Shown: positions 1-7,972 of the stretch, piece by piece
How positions within the stretch are numbered: the first letter of the stretch is position 1
How the letters are laid out: the number at the start of each line of letters is the position of its first letter
Source of the DNA: Minisyncoccota bacterium
GTDB lineage: Bacteria > Patescibacteriota > Minisyncoccia > Phycocordibacterales > WO2-35-19
DNA: 64,000 nucleotides
Direction of reading: 5' to 3'
NCBI GenBank assembly: GCA_036517255.1
Contig: DATDXE010000017.1
Span: forward strand, 39,599-103,598
The notes under the pieces: model-generated
Seen by the model: the letters and a program-made list of their open reading frames with translations, nothing else
What the model was told of the DNA's origin: nothing
Database searches by the model: none
Translations under genes and position numbers: made by a program

Positions 1-183
1 CTTTCTGTCTTCCTTCTCGCCTTCTTTCTCTTAGGCACCCTAGTGAAAGTACATACTTTTTGGAAGCACAGCGACATGAGTTCCAAAGCCCAAGAGCGCA
101 ATGAATTTCTCAAAAATGCCGCCCTTCTCGGCGCTCTTCTCATGTTTCTCTCCGTTCTCGAGCCTTGGAGTTTGTCGTTTTAA
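1..183 (+). CDS. 3' end of a CDS running in from upstream of the window; C-terminal 60 aa resemble a DoxX-family membrane protein (…HTFWKHSDM…AQERNEFLKNAALLGALLMF…)
   Basis: Open frame 1 from position 1 to TAA at 181-183; hydrophobic tail; motif resemblance only. Confidence 0.35.
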   Translation, partial: LSVFLLAFFLLGTLVKVHTFWKHSDMSSKAQERNEFLKNAALLGALLMFLSVLEPWSLSF

Positions 184-208
184 CTAACCAAGGGTCACCC
201 TTGGTTAG
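184..208. repeat. Palindromic element copy CTAACCAAGGGT-C-ACCCTTGGTTAG (12-bp perfect stem) between two convergent gene ends; terminator-like hairpin
   Basis: Read directly; reverse complement of left arm equals right arm; member of the CCAAGGGTCACCCTTGG family seen 6 more times. Confidence 0.55.
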
Positions 209-540
209 TCTTTTAACCCATCGATCTTGCTTGCCAAGATGAAGTCATTTTCTGATAGGCCTGATATTGCGTGTGTGGAAAGACGGATGGTTACCTTCTT
301 ATAATCATGCAAATTAATGTCTGGGTGATGGCCTTCGGCTTCAGCAATCTTACCCACTTCATTTACAAAATTTAGAGCATCCTTGAAATCTTTAAAAACA
401 TAATTTTTCTCCAGCTCTTTGTCCTCGATTAGCATCCAATTTTCATCTACTTCCTCCAGCATTTCTTTAACTTCTATTTTATCAAAAGGCTTGATCTTAC
501 CTTCACATGGTACGCAGTGTTTTTTTGACAAGTCATTCAT
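205..540 (-). CDS. Pterin-4a-carbinolamine dehydratase (PCD/DCoH family)
   Basis: 111 aa with the characteristic …EAEGHHPD… motif and PCD-like length. Confidence 0.7.
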   Translation of the reverse strand: MNDLSKKHCVPCEGKIKPFDKIEVKEMLEEVDENWMLIEDKELEKNYVFKDFKDALNFVNEVGKIAEAEGHHPDINLHDYKKVTIRLSTHAISGLSENDFILASKIDGLKD

Positions 541-542
541 GG

Positions 543-1259
543 TTACATTTCTTTGTTTCCAGTATGGCTACGTGGCACTCCGAAAGTTATCGGAGCATTC
601 TTAATAGCCTCCAATATTTCGTCGTCGCTATCTGTAAGAACAAATAATGAGAGATCGCTTTTGTCTATCATATTTTCTTTCGACATTTTTTCTTTAAAGA
701 ACGCGACTAGCGGTTCCCAGTACTCTACCCCCACTAAAATGATGGGTACTTGAGATATTTTGAGAGTTTGAACCAGAGTCAATATTTCTGAAAATTCGTC
801 TAAGGTGCCGAATCCTCCCGGGAAGAAGACGTATGCCTCTGCCGAGAAAGAAAGAGCCACCTTCCTACTGAAGAAATGATGGAACATCATTTTACCAGTC
901 AAATATTTGTTAGTTACCTGGCCTTCTGGCAGTTCAATGAGGAGTCCTATTGAATTACCTCCAGCCTCATATGCTCCACGATTACTTGCTTCCATGATGC
1001 CTGGGCCACCACCAGTGACTATTGAATAATGAAGTTCTTCGACTATTCTTTTACCAAGACCACGAGCTTTTTCGTAGTAAGGGTCGTTTTCAGGTGTTCT
1101 AGTCGAACCAAAAACAGTCACTGATTTCGGATAATTTTTTAGAAATTCGAAACCTTCTGAAAATTCTTTCGATATGAGGGCTACTCGATCGAGTGCTATC
1201 TCCGACATCTGTTCGAAGGTGAGAGAGGTAAGTGGTTTTTGATTGTTCCCAGTATCCAT
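543..1259 (-). CDS. LOG family protein (TIGR00730, cytokinin riboside 5'-monophosphate phosphoribohydrolase-like / Rossmann-fold nucleotide-binding)
   Basis: GGGPGIMEA and PGGFGTLDE motifs typical of the LOG family. Confidence 0.7.
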   Translation of the reverse strand: MDTGNNQKPLTSLTFEQMSEIALDRVALISKEFSEGFEFLKNYPKSVTVFGSTRTPENDPYYEKARGLGKRIVEELHYSIVTGGGPGIMEASNRGAYEAGGNSIGLLIELPEGQVTNKYLTGKMMFHHFFSRKVALSFSAEAYVFFPGGFGTLDEFSEILTLVQTLKISQVPIILVGVEYWEPLVAFFKEKMSKENMIDKSDLSLFVLTDSDDEILEAIKNAPITFGVPRSHTGNKEM

Positions 1260-1332
1260 TGCAGTGTTTCTTATCTTTGTTAATCTTTAATCAATTGTCG
1301 TTTAATCAATTGTGAGTATAATCATAATCTAT

Positions 1333-1842
1333 ATGAAAAATTTATCAAAAAGGGAGTGGGTAGCTGTCAGCGTCTCTTTGGCTTTCGTGGTCTATATTAT
1401 GTTCGGTAGTACTGTGATGAGCGTCTTTAATAGGTCTTCTCAAGGTGATGTAGCCGCAGTGGAGTCTATCTTTAATAGCAACGATAATCAAAATATAATG
1501 AATGAAAGCGTAGCGGGTGGTGTCATGACACAAGATCTATCTATCGGTTCAGGCCCAGAAATTCGTTCTGGTATGGCTGTTTCTGTTCACTATGTTTTGA
1601 AACTTTCTGATGGCACTTTGATCCAAGATTCTAAAGTTGTTGGTGGGGGAGAGCCGTTCACCTTTCTTTATGGAGCAGGACAGCTTATCCCTGGTTGGGA
1701 GATGGGTATAGAAGGTATGAAAGTCGGTGGCAAGCGCCTTATCACTATCCCTCCTGCTCTCGGCTACGGCTCTCAAGCAGTCGGTCCTATTCCTGCCGAG
1801 TCTACTCTCTTCTTTGAAATCGAAGTAGTCAGCGCAGAGTAG
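1333..1842 (+). CDS. FKBP-type peptidyl-prolyl cis-trans isomerase with N-terminal membrane anchor
   Basis: FKBP domain …VHYVLKLSDGTLIQDS…FTFLYGAGQLIPGWEMGIEGMKVGGKRLITIPPALGYG; ORF track starts at GTG 1312, first ATG at 1333 preferred. Confidence 0.75.
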   Translation: MKNLSKREWVAVSVSLAFVVYIMFGSTVMSVFNRSSQGDVAAVESIFNSNDNQNIMNESVAGGVMTQDLSIGSGPEIRSGMAVSVHYVLKLSDGTLIQDSKVVGGGEPFTFLYGAGQLIPGWEMGIEGMKVGGKRLITIPPALGYGSQAVGPIPAESTLFFEIEVVSAE

Positions 1843-1879
1843 AGTAGAGACCCTTTCCCTAATATGTTATAATGAGCCA

Positions 1880-2128
1880 ATGAGAAAAAGGCTTATAAAA
1901 TCAAACAAAGGTAAGCATCTCCCTGTCTTTTTAGAAAAAGATGAGGACGGCTTTTATATTGTTGAATGCCCTGTTTTTAGGGGTTGTTATACACAAGGTA
2001 AGACAATAGACGAGGCGCTTACAAATATAAGGGAAGTAATCGATTTGTGTTTAGAGGAGACGGAAAACCAAAAAGTTCTAAAATCATATTTTCCTACCGA
2101 AATAAGTTTGCACACAGTTAGCGTCTAA
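1880..2128 (+). CDS. hicB: HicB-family antitoxin (UPF0150-like, type II TA)
   Basis: 82 aa, …EKDEDGFYIVECPVFRGCYTQGKTIDEALTNIREVIDLCLEE… matches the HicB N-terminal domain; immediately upstream of a HicA-like ORF. Confidence 0.6.
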   Translation: MRKRLIKSNKGKHLPVFLEKDEDGFYIVECPVFRGCYTQGKTIDEALTNIREVIDLCLEETENQKVLKSYFPTEISLHTVSV

Positions 2129-2137
2129 GTATTTAAG

Positions 2138-2356
2138 ATGGGAGACAAAATTCCATCATGGCCGTATAGGAAAGTTGTTAGAAATTTAGAAAAGTTGGGT
2201 TATAAAATAGTACGCCAGAAGGGGAGCCATATCAGAATGTTTTGTTCAGGTAAGGACCCAATCACAGTTCCCGCTAACAGTCCTGTAGCTCGTGGTACTC
2301 TCCGTAAAATTCTCCGTGATATTAATGTTAATCTGTCTGATTTTTTGGATATTTAA
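2138..2356 (+). CDS. hicA: HicA-family mRNA-interferase toxin (YcfA-like)
   Basis: 72 aa; …LEKLGYKIVRQKGSHIRM… conserved G-S-H core of HicA; 10-bp spacing from hicB. Confidence 0.65.
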   Translation: MGDKIPSWPYRKVVRNLEKLGYKIVRQKGSHIRMFCSGKDPITVPANSPVARGTLRKILRDINVNLSDFLDI

Positions 2357-2360
2357 TAGG

Positions 2361-4307
2361 TTATATAACTTTAAAATCTAAGTTCTTGCGATCGAGGTCG
2401 GCGGAGGCGAGGCGGACTTTTATTTTGTCGCCTAAAGAGTATTTCTTCTTGGTGCGAATACCGATAACAGCATAATTCTTCTCATCTAGGACATAAGTAT
2501 CGTCCAACATTTCCTTTAGTTTTGCCATACCTTCCGCTTTGGTATTTGGCTCTTCGATATAAATACCCCATTCAGTCACTCCAGAAATGATACCTTCAAA
2601 TTCCTGACCGATTTTGCCCATCATATATTCCACTTGTTTGTATCTTATGCTTTCTCGTTCAGCTTGGGTTCCTGCAATTTCTTTTTCGGTGGCGTCGTCG
2701 CAGATTTTCTGGAGTTCTGCCATTTCATCCTGTCCGATTTTGCCATTGTTTAAATGTTTTTCTAATGTTCGGTGGATCACCAGGTCGGGGTAACGGCGAA
2801 TAGGGGATGTGAAATGGGTGTAATATTCAAAAGCTAGTCCGAAGTGGCCGATATTCTTGGTCGAATAGACTGCTTTAGCCATCGATTTTACAGCCGCTGT
2901 GCGCACTAGCCCTTCGCTTGGATGGCCAGAGAGTTCCATAAGGAGTTCATTTATTTCTCTTGCCGTTATTCCATCTTCTATTTTCAACTCATGGCCCAAG
3001 GCTCTCACAAATATTGCGAGCTCCTGAAGTTTATCCATATTTGGAGAATCGTGTATTCGGAATATAGAAGCTCCGCCACGCTTTTCCAAGTGATCAAATA
3101 TAAATTTGGCTACCTCACGATTGGCGAGAAGCATCCACTCCTCGATCATTTTCATAGTATCGACCCTAGCTTTCTTAAATACTCTGATCGGCTTTCCTGT
3201 TTCATCAAGTTCAAATTTCACTTCTTCCGTTTCAAATTCGATGGCTCCATTTTCTTTATTTTCTTTTCTGTATATTTTCGCTATTCTATCAAGCTCGCTC
3301 AATTCATACCCAAAGTTCTTATCACTTAATTCTTGGTTCTTTATTCTTAGGTCTATTACTTCCTGCGCTTCTTCGTATGAAAATCTTTTATCAGAGTTTA
3401 TGATGCTCTTGCCAAACCAGCGCGACTTCACTTTTCCGCTTTCTTTCTCTAAGTCAAATATGGCTGAAAAGGCTAGGCGGTCCACATTAGGGTTGAGCGA
3501 ACAAAGTCCGTTTGAAAGTATTTCTGGAAGCATGGGTATAGTACGGTCGACAAGGTAAACGGAAAACTCTCTCTTCCTAGCTTCTTTATCTAGTAAGGTG
3601 CCGGGGCGCACAAAATGCGACACATCGGCAATATGCACTCCTATTCTATAAGTATTTTTATCGACTTCTTCAAAAGAAAGGGCATCGTCGAAGTCTTTAG
3701 CATCGACTGGGTCTATGGTGAAGGTAGTCACTCCTCTTATATCTTTACGAAGCTTAGCCTCCTCGCCCATTCTAGCTTCTTCTTTTTTGGCAATTTCCGT
3801 AGCTTCTTTTTCGACTTCAGGAGGGAAGTCATAGATGATACCTTTATCAACAAGAATAGAACGCATCTCTGTCTCATGTAAACCTTTCTTTCCTATTATT
3901 TCTACTATGGTGCCGGAAGGATTTATTTTAGGGTCAGTCCATGCGTCCATTTTTAACAAGGCCTTCATTTCCTCTTTCACTTCAGATGAAGGATTTTTGA
4001 TTTCAATATTTCTGTAGAATTTGAAATCGTCGGGAATAAGTAAAAAGCCAGTAGCCGATTTTTTTATGGTACCCACGAAATCAGTTTTGTTTCGTTTGAT
4101 TATTTTTATTACCCGACCTTTCTTTTTGTCGTATGATTTGCCGGTGATCTCTATTTCCACCTCGTCCCTATTCAGGGCGCAGTTTAGATCCTCTTCAAAA
4201 ATAATCACATTTTCTCCTTCAGCTTCCGTCTCACTTATTAATTCTACAAACCCGGTCGGTTTAGAAGTTATTTTTATTATGCCAGTTTTATTTTCCTGTA
4301 AGTTCAT
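2361..4307 (-). CDS. rnr: Ribonuclease R (RNase II/R family, RNB domain + C-terminal S1 domain)
   Basis: 648 aa; RNB catalytic-region motifs (…DPVDAKDFDDALS…, …HFGLAFEYYTHFTSPIRRYPDLVIHR…), S1-like C-terminus. Confidence 0.85.
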   Translation of the reverse strand: MNLQENKTGIIKITSKPTGFVELISETEAEGENVIIFEEDLNCALNRDEVEIEITGKSYDKKKGRVIKIIKRNKTDFVGTIKKSATGFLLIPDDFKFYRNIEIKNPSSEVKEEMKALLKMDAWTDPKINPSGTIVEIIGKKGLHETEMRSILVDKGIIYDFPPEVEKEATEIAKKEEARMGEEAKLRKDIRGVTTFTIDPVDAKDFDDALSFEEVDKNTYRIGVHIADVSHFVRPGTLLDKEARKREFSVYLVDRTIPMLPEILSNGLCSLNPNVDRLAFSAIFDLEKESGKVKSRWFGKSIINSDKRFSYEEAQEVIDLRIKNQELSDKNFGYELSELDRIAKIYRKENKENGAIEFETEEVKFELDETGKPIRVFKKARVDTMKMIEEWMLLANREVAKFIFDHLEKRGGASIFRIHDSPNMDKLQELAIFVRALGHELKIEDGITAREINELLMELSGHPSEGLVRTAAVKSMAKAVYSTKNIGHFGLAFEYYTHFTSPIRRYPDLVIHRTLEKHLNNGKIGQDEMAELQKICDDATEKEIAGTQAERESIRYKQVEYMMGKIGQEFEGIISGVTEWGIYIEEPNTKAEGMAKLKEMLDDTYVLDEKNYAVIGIRTKKKYSLGDKIKVRLASADLDRKNLDFKVI

Positions 4308-4352
4308 TTAGAGCTTTAAAGTAACACGTTTTTTCCATATCTACAATTAGAC

Positions 4353-4380
4353 GTGACATGATATTTGGAGGGTGTATAAT
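4353..4380 (+). promoter_or_regulatory. Sigma70-like promoter GTGACA-N16-TATAAT upstream of rpsP
   Basis: Hexamers read directly at 4353-4358 and 4375-4380. Confidence 0.4.
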
Positions 4381-4547
4381 GCAGACATCTCGGACGGTGC
4401 CCTATGTACCGTCGCAGTCAAGTTGCCGTCACTATAGGGTGATGGTTGTTGTGCCCTCATTTGGACCTCAGTCTCTCAGCAGGATTGGGGTCCACGGGGG
4501 CTTTTTGTTTGCACTTTTTTCATATATTTGTTAATGTATTTCTCGCA
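4381..4547 (+). promoter_or_regulatory. GC-rich structured 5' leader of rpsP with alternative pairings (CCCTAT / ATAGGGTG / GTGCCCTCA; GACGGT/ACCGTC; GGACC/GGTCC) ending in a T-run
   Basis: Inverted repeats read from sequence; function not established. Confidence 0.3.
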
Positions 4548-4964
4548 ATGCTATCGATACGACTTCAAAGAGTGGGCAGAAAACACGAGCCGTTGTTTAG
4601 GCTCGTTTTGACCGATTCCAAAAATTCCACTAAAAGCGGCAAATTTCTAGAAATACTAGGCTCTTACGATGCCCGCCGATCTGAAAAAGCAGAATTTAAT
4701 AATGAGAAAGTTTTACACTGGATTTCCAAGGGAGCACAGCCGTCTGACACAGTTCACAATCTTTTGTTAAAAAGAAGCCTGATAAAGGGTGAGAAAAGAA
4801 ACGTTCTTTCTAGAAAGCCTGTGCCCCCTAAAGCAGAAGAAGTTACTCCAGTAGTGGAAGCTCCAGTCCTAGAGGCTGTAGTTGAAGCTCCAGTCGCGAC
4901 AGAAGAAGTCGTTCCTCCAGAAACAGCTCTGGTTGAAAATGTTACAGAAGAAGTAGTACAATAA
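4548..4964 (+). CDS. rpsP: 30S ribosomal protein S16 with C-terminal Glu/Ala/Pro/Val-rich repeat extension
   Basis: MLSIRLQRVGRKHEPLFRLVL… classic S16 N-terminus; ATG at 4548 inside the longer ORF-track frame; C-terminus has VVEAPVLEAVVEAPVATEEVVPPE repeats. Confidence 0.85.
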   Translation: MLSIRLQRVGRKHEPLFRLVLTDSKNSTKSGKFLEILGSYDARRSEKAEFNNEKVLHWISKGAQPSDTVHNLLLKRSLIKGEKRNVLSRKPVPPKAEEVTPVVEAPVLEAVVEAPVATEEVVPPETALVENVTEEVVQ

Positions 4965-5004
4965 AGTTGAAGCCAAAAGGCTATTAAAATTTAAATATAC
5001 GGAA

Positions 5005-5331
5005 ATGGAACAAGATGCACAATTTCTAGAGTTTGTGGTGAAAGCTCTGGTTGACAATCCTCAGGATGTGAGGATAACAAGGACGGTGGATGAGATGGGT
5101 GTCCTCATGTCGCTTGATGTCAACCCTCTGGATATGGGTAAAATAATCGGTCGTGATGGCAATACCGCTAAAGCTATGCGCACTCTTTTGAGAGTGGTCG
5201 GTATGAAAAATAATGCTCGGGTCAATTTGAAAATAAATGAACCAGAAGGTGGCCGCAGACCAGAGCGCAGTGAAAGGAGTGCCAATATGCAGTCAGTGGA
5301 TGACGTGATAAATGATTTGAAGATGGAGTAA
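5005..5331 (+). CDS. KH-domain RNA-binding protein (YlqC/UPF0109-like), typical rpsP operon member
   Basis: …GKIIGRDGNTAKAMRTLL… KH GXXG loop; position between rpsP and trmD. Confidence 0.75.
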   Translation: MEQDAQFLEFVVKALVDNPQDVRITRTVDEMGVLMSLDVNPLDMGKIIGRDGNTAKAMRTLLRVVGMKNNARVNLKINEPEGGRRPERSERSANMQSVDDVINDLKME

Positions 5332-5338
5332 TCACTGC

Positions 5339-5980
5339 ATGACTTTCCACATCGTTACACTTTTTCCAGACTCTTTTAAGTCTTATATAAATTCGTCCAT
5401 TATTGGACGAGCTTTGCGTGATGAAAAAATAAAAATAAAATTTTACAATCCGAGGGATTATACAAAAGATAAACACAGAAGAATCGATCGTAAGCCTTAC
5501 GCAGGAGGCCCAGGTATGGTCATCGAAGCCTTACCTGTAATCAAAGCTATTGAAGCAGCGATAAAAAATACCAGGACTTTGAAAATTATTTGGACTTCTC
5601 CATCAGGTAAGCAGTTTGATAATGCTTATGCTGAGAAGGTTTCAAAAAAATTTACAGATATAATAATTATTTGCGGTAGATACGAGGGTATCGATGCTAG
5701 AGTTCGTAAAATTTTTAAGGCAGAACAAATTTCAGTGGGGCCTTTTGTGGTTACGGGAGGGGAGTTGCCAGCTATGATTATCCTCGACACCATTTCGCGT
5801 CGTATTCCTGGAGTGCTTGGGAAAATAGAGTCAGTAGAAGAAAATAGGGTTGCGAGTAGCGATGTCTACACTCGCCCTGAAGTTTTTGAGTATCAAAAGA
5901 AAAAATACAAAGTGCCTAAGATTCTTCTATCTGGACATCAAAAAAATATAGAGGATTGGAAGAAGTCAAAAAATAAATAA
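5339..5980 (+). CDS. trmD: tRNA (guanine37-N1)-methyltransferase
   Basis: 213 aa; TrmD family N-terminus MTFHIVTLFPDSF…, position after rpsP and the KH gene. Confidence 0.9.
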   Translation: MTFHIVTLFPDSFKSYINSSIIGRALRDEKIKIKFYNPRDYTKDKHRRIDRKPYAGGPGMVIEALPVIKAIEAAIKNTRTLKIIWTSPSGKQFDNAYAEKVSKKFTDIIIICGRYEGIDARVRKIFKAEQISVGPFVVTGGELPAMIILDTISRRIPGVLGKIESVEENRVASSDVYTRPEVFEYQKKKYKVPKILLSGHQKNIEDWKKSKNK

Positions 5981-5998
5981 ATTTTATATCAAAGGCTT

Positions 5999-6020
5999 GG
6001 GCTGGCATCTCTGCCAGCCC
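5999..6020. terminator. Hairpin GGGCTGGCA-tctc-TGCCAGCCC between convergent trmD and the downstream minus-strand gene
   Basis: Perfect 9-bp inverted repeat read directly; no strong T-run. Confidence 0.45.
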
Positions 6021-6039
6021 GTATGGTATGGTCGCACCG

Positions 6040-6606
6040 TCAGAAGAGGCGAAAAATTTCGCAGTTCTTGGGGGTTTTCGCGCTTGCGAAGTCGTGATGT
6101 GTTTTTCCCTCGATCACCAACCTCATTGCTCGGAGGAATGCTCCGTGGGAGACGATTAGCACGTCTTCATTCTCTTGGACGTCCTTGGTAATTTCCAGCA
6201 CCCTTTTGTGCGCTTCGGAAGCTCTTTCGCAGAGCATCTCGTCGTTCTCGTACCCCTCGGCCTCTTCGATGTACACATGGTCACCGACATTGCGGTACTT
6301 CGTGGCATGTTTCGAGAGTTCACTGTACTTGACCCCCGTGCACACCCCACAGTTTCTCTCGATAAGGATAGGCATTCCGAACATCGGAACACCGAGATGT
6401 ATCTGGCAGGCAAATGCCATAAGCGATGCTCGTTTTAGCGGCGAGGTCAGGATCATCTTGATGTTGTACTCCTGGCCGCTCACAAGCATCACTAATCGTT
6501 GAAGTTGCCCGTATCCGGCCGAGCTTATTTCTGTTTCTCTGCGCCCGTTTAGGATTTTCTTCGCGTTGTCTACATCTTCCGGATGTCGCACCGCGTACAC
6601 CGCCAT
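6040..6606 (-). CDS. Histidine phosphatase superfamily protein (phosphoglycerate-mutase-like), in a higher-GC segment
   Basis: …VRHPE… (RHG-like), …LTSPLKRA…, …IVSHGAFLRA… motifs. Confidence 0.55.
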   Translation of the reverse strand: MAVYAVRHPEDVDNAKKILNGRRETEISSAGYGQLQRLVMLVSGQEYNIKMILTSPLKRASLMAFACQIHLGVPMFGMPILIERNCGVCTGVKYSELSKHATKYRNVGDHVYIEEAEGYENDEMLCERASEAHKRVLEITKDVQENEDVLIVSHGAFLRAMRLVIEGKTHHDFASAKTPKNCEIFRLF

Positions 6607-6672
6607 AAAGATCGCCTTCTTTCTGGACCCGAGTCCTTTCTAACTATCTAATTTTTCTTTTATTCCCACAAC

Positions 6673-6701
6673 TTGCAAATTATTTTTACATATGCTATAA
6701 T
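6673..6701 (+). promoter_or_regulatory. Near-consensus sigma70 promoter TTGCAA-N17-TATAAT, followed by RBS AAAGGGG and ATG 6725
   Basis: Hexamers read at 6673-6678 and 6696-6701. Confidence 0.5.
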
Positions 6702-6724
6702 TTATAGCAGAAAGGGGTTGGACG

Positions 6725-7273
6725 ATGAACGTCTACCAGAAAGTGAGTACTGCCGTTGCTCTGTTTTTGTATCTGCCACTCGCGTTGCAGATACTGAATG
6801 GCGAGGTAACGCAGAACCTCGCTACATGGATCCTCTGGGGAACTCTCGACGGGATCGCGGCCGCTTCTATGTTCAGGAAGGGAGGGAATTGGCATCTTCC
6901 CACTGCTTACGTTGCGGGCTCTGTGTTTACTCTGGTCTGCATGATCAATAAACACATCTTCGCTTGGACATGGTTTGAGACGCTGATCTGCTTTATGGTC
7001 GTCGCCTGTGTAGTCGGATGGAAAATGTCGGGTTCTACACTCGCGACCATCTTGTCGAGTATCGGCACCGCCTTAGCTGGTGTGCCCCAGCTGAAAGATG
7101 CCATAGCTGACCCCACGGCAATGCCGTTTGAGATATACCTCGGTTTTCTCGGGGTGAACATTCTCTCGGTAAAGGGTGGGAAGGACTGGTCAATCAAAGA
7201 ACGGTTCTATCCCATCTGCTGCGGCGTTATCTGCGTAGCGATCGTCGTCGCTTCTGCTCGCAAATTCTTCTAG
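6725..7273 (+). CDS. Hypothetical polytopic membrane protein (about 6 TM segments)
   Basis: 182 aa, repeated hydrophobic stretches; own promoter and RBS; no family recognised. Confidence 0.45.
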   Translation: MNVYQKVSTAVALFLYLPLALQILNGEVTQNLATWILWGTLDGIAAASMFRKGGNWHLPTAYVAGSVFTLVCMINKHIFAWTWFETLICFMVVACVVGWKMSGSTLATILSSIGTALAGVPQLKDAIADPTAMPFEIYLGFLGVNILSVKGGKDWSIKERFYPICCGVICVAIVVASARKFF

Positions 7274-7376
7274 TTTGTTGATCTCGACCCAAGGCTCCTC
7301 ACGTGCAAAATGTTATGCGCGCGGAGGAGTCTTTTCGTTTGTATCTGTATAGTGTATATTCATCGCGGGAGGTTCT

Positions 7377-7604
7377 ATGTTGATATCTGAAGCGGCTGAC
7401 AAGATTGTTGTCTGTCCACGTTGTGGTTGGAAAGGCCATCTTTCAGAAGTGGCATCTGTGCCTCTCTCTGAACTTCTACCTGAATATCGGGCGACAGAAC
7501 ATCGCTGCCCTGTATCAACCTGTCGTAAGTTACTGGGGTGTTCTAATGCAACGGAAACCCTTTTTGCTGACGGTGTCCAGGTCCAGGAGGCCTCAGCAGT
7601 ATGA
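7377..7604 (+). CDS. Small zinc-ribbon-like hypothetical protein (CPRCG…CPVSTC)
   Basis: 75 aa, two Cys pairs; RBS GGGAGG 7 nt upstream. Confidence 0.35.
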   Translation: MLISEAADKIVVCPRCGWKGHLSEVASVPLSELLPEYRATEHRCPVSTCRKLLGCSNATETLFADGVQVQEASAV

Positions 7605-7694
7605 AGTCCAATCGAGCTCCCTCGTGCATGAAGTTATGTGCACTGGGGAGCTTTCTCGTTGAAAACGTTACTATCCACAAGATAGCTTGACAGC

Positions 7695-7722
7695 TTGACA
7701 AGTAATTCGACTTGACTATAAT
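7695..7722 (+). promoter_or_regulatory. Consensus sigma70 promoter TTGACA-N16-TATAAT upstream of the rpoB leader
   Basis: Hexamers at 7695-7700 and 7717-7722; a second TTGACA at 7687-7692. Confidence 0.5.
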
Positions 7723-7878
7723 AGTATTTACTATTGTTCGATTGAGTTACGGAGGAACCAATAGGCAGCTTTTATTACGAGGGATAAAGGGTCACTGCCT
7801 TGTACTATTATTTGTACTATCATTTGTCACTTGATTTCTATTACGCATAAAATAAAATACTAAATTTTTTCCGTTGTG

Positions 7879-7915
7879 TTCCTTCTAAAAGGAAGGAATA
7901 GCGGGTTTTTGTGCG
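7879..7915 (+). terminator. Candidate leader attenuator hairpin TTCCTTC-taaaag-GAAGGAA followed by a T-rich tract, inside the rpoB 5' UTR
   Basis: 7-bp inverted repeat plus gggtttttgtgcgtttt read directly; weak. Confidence 0.25.
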
Positions 7916-7972
7916 TTTTGGAGCTTCGGATTTTGAGGGGATTTAGTAAATCTAAAAAAATTTTAAATTCAC

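Noticed and set aside
2922-4311. Plus-strand ORFs 2922-3329, 3106-3558, 3615-3881, 3835-4017, 4021-4311 inside the RNase R gene
   Set aside because: Low-complexity Phe/Ser/Ile-rich antisense translations of an AT-rich gene; RNase R on the minus strand is unambiguous.
4446-4547. N-terminal extension of the S16 ORF in the six-frame track
   Set aside because: Canonical S16 N-terminus MLSIRLQRVGRKHEP begins at ATG 4548; upstream residues overlap the promoter and leader and have no S16 counterpart.
6156-6502. Three overlapping ORFs (6156-6413 -, 6175-6438 +, 6185-6502 +) inside the histidine phosphatase gene
   Set aside because: GC-rich DNA gives long spurious frames; only the 6040-6606 frame has family motifs (RH…, SPLKRA, SHG).
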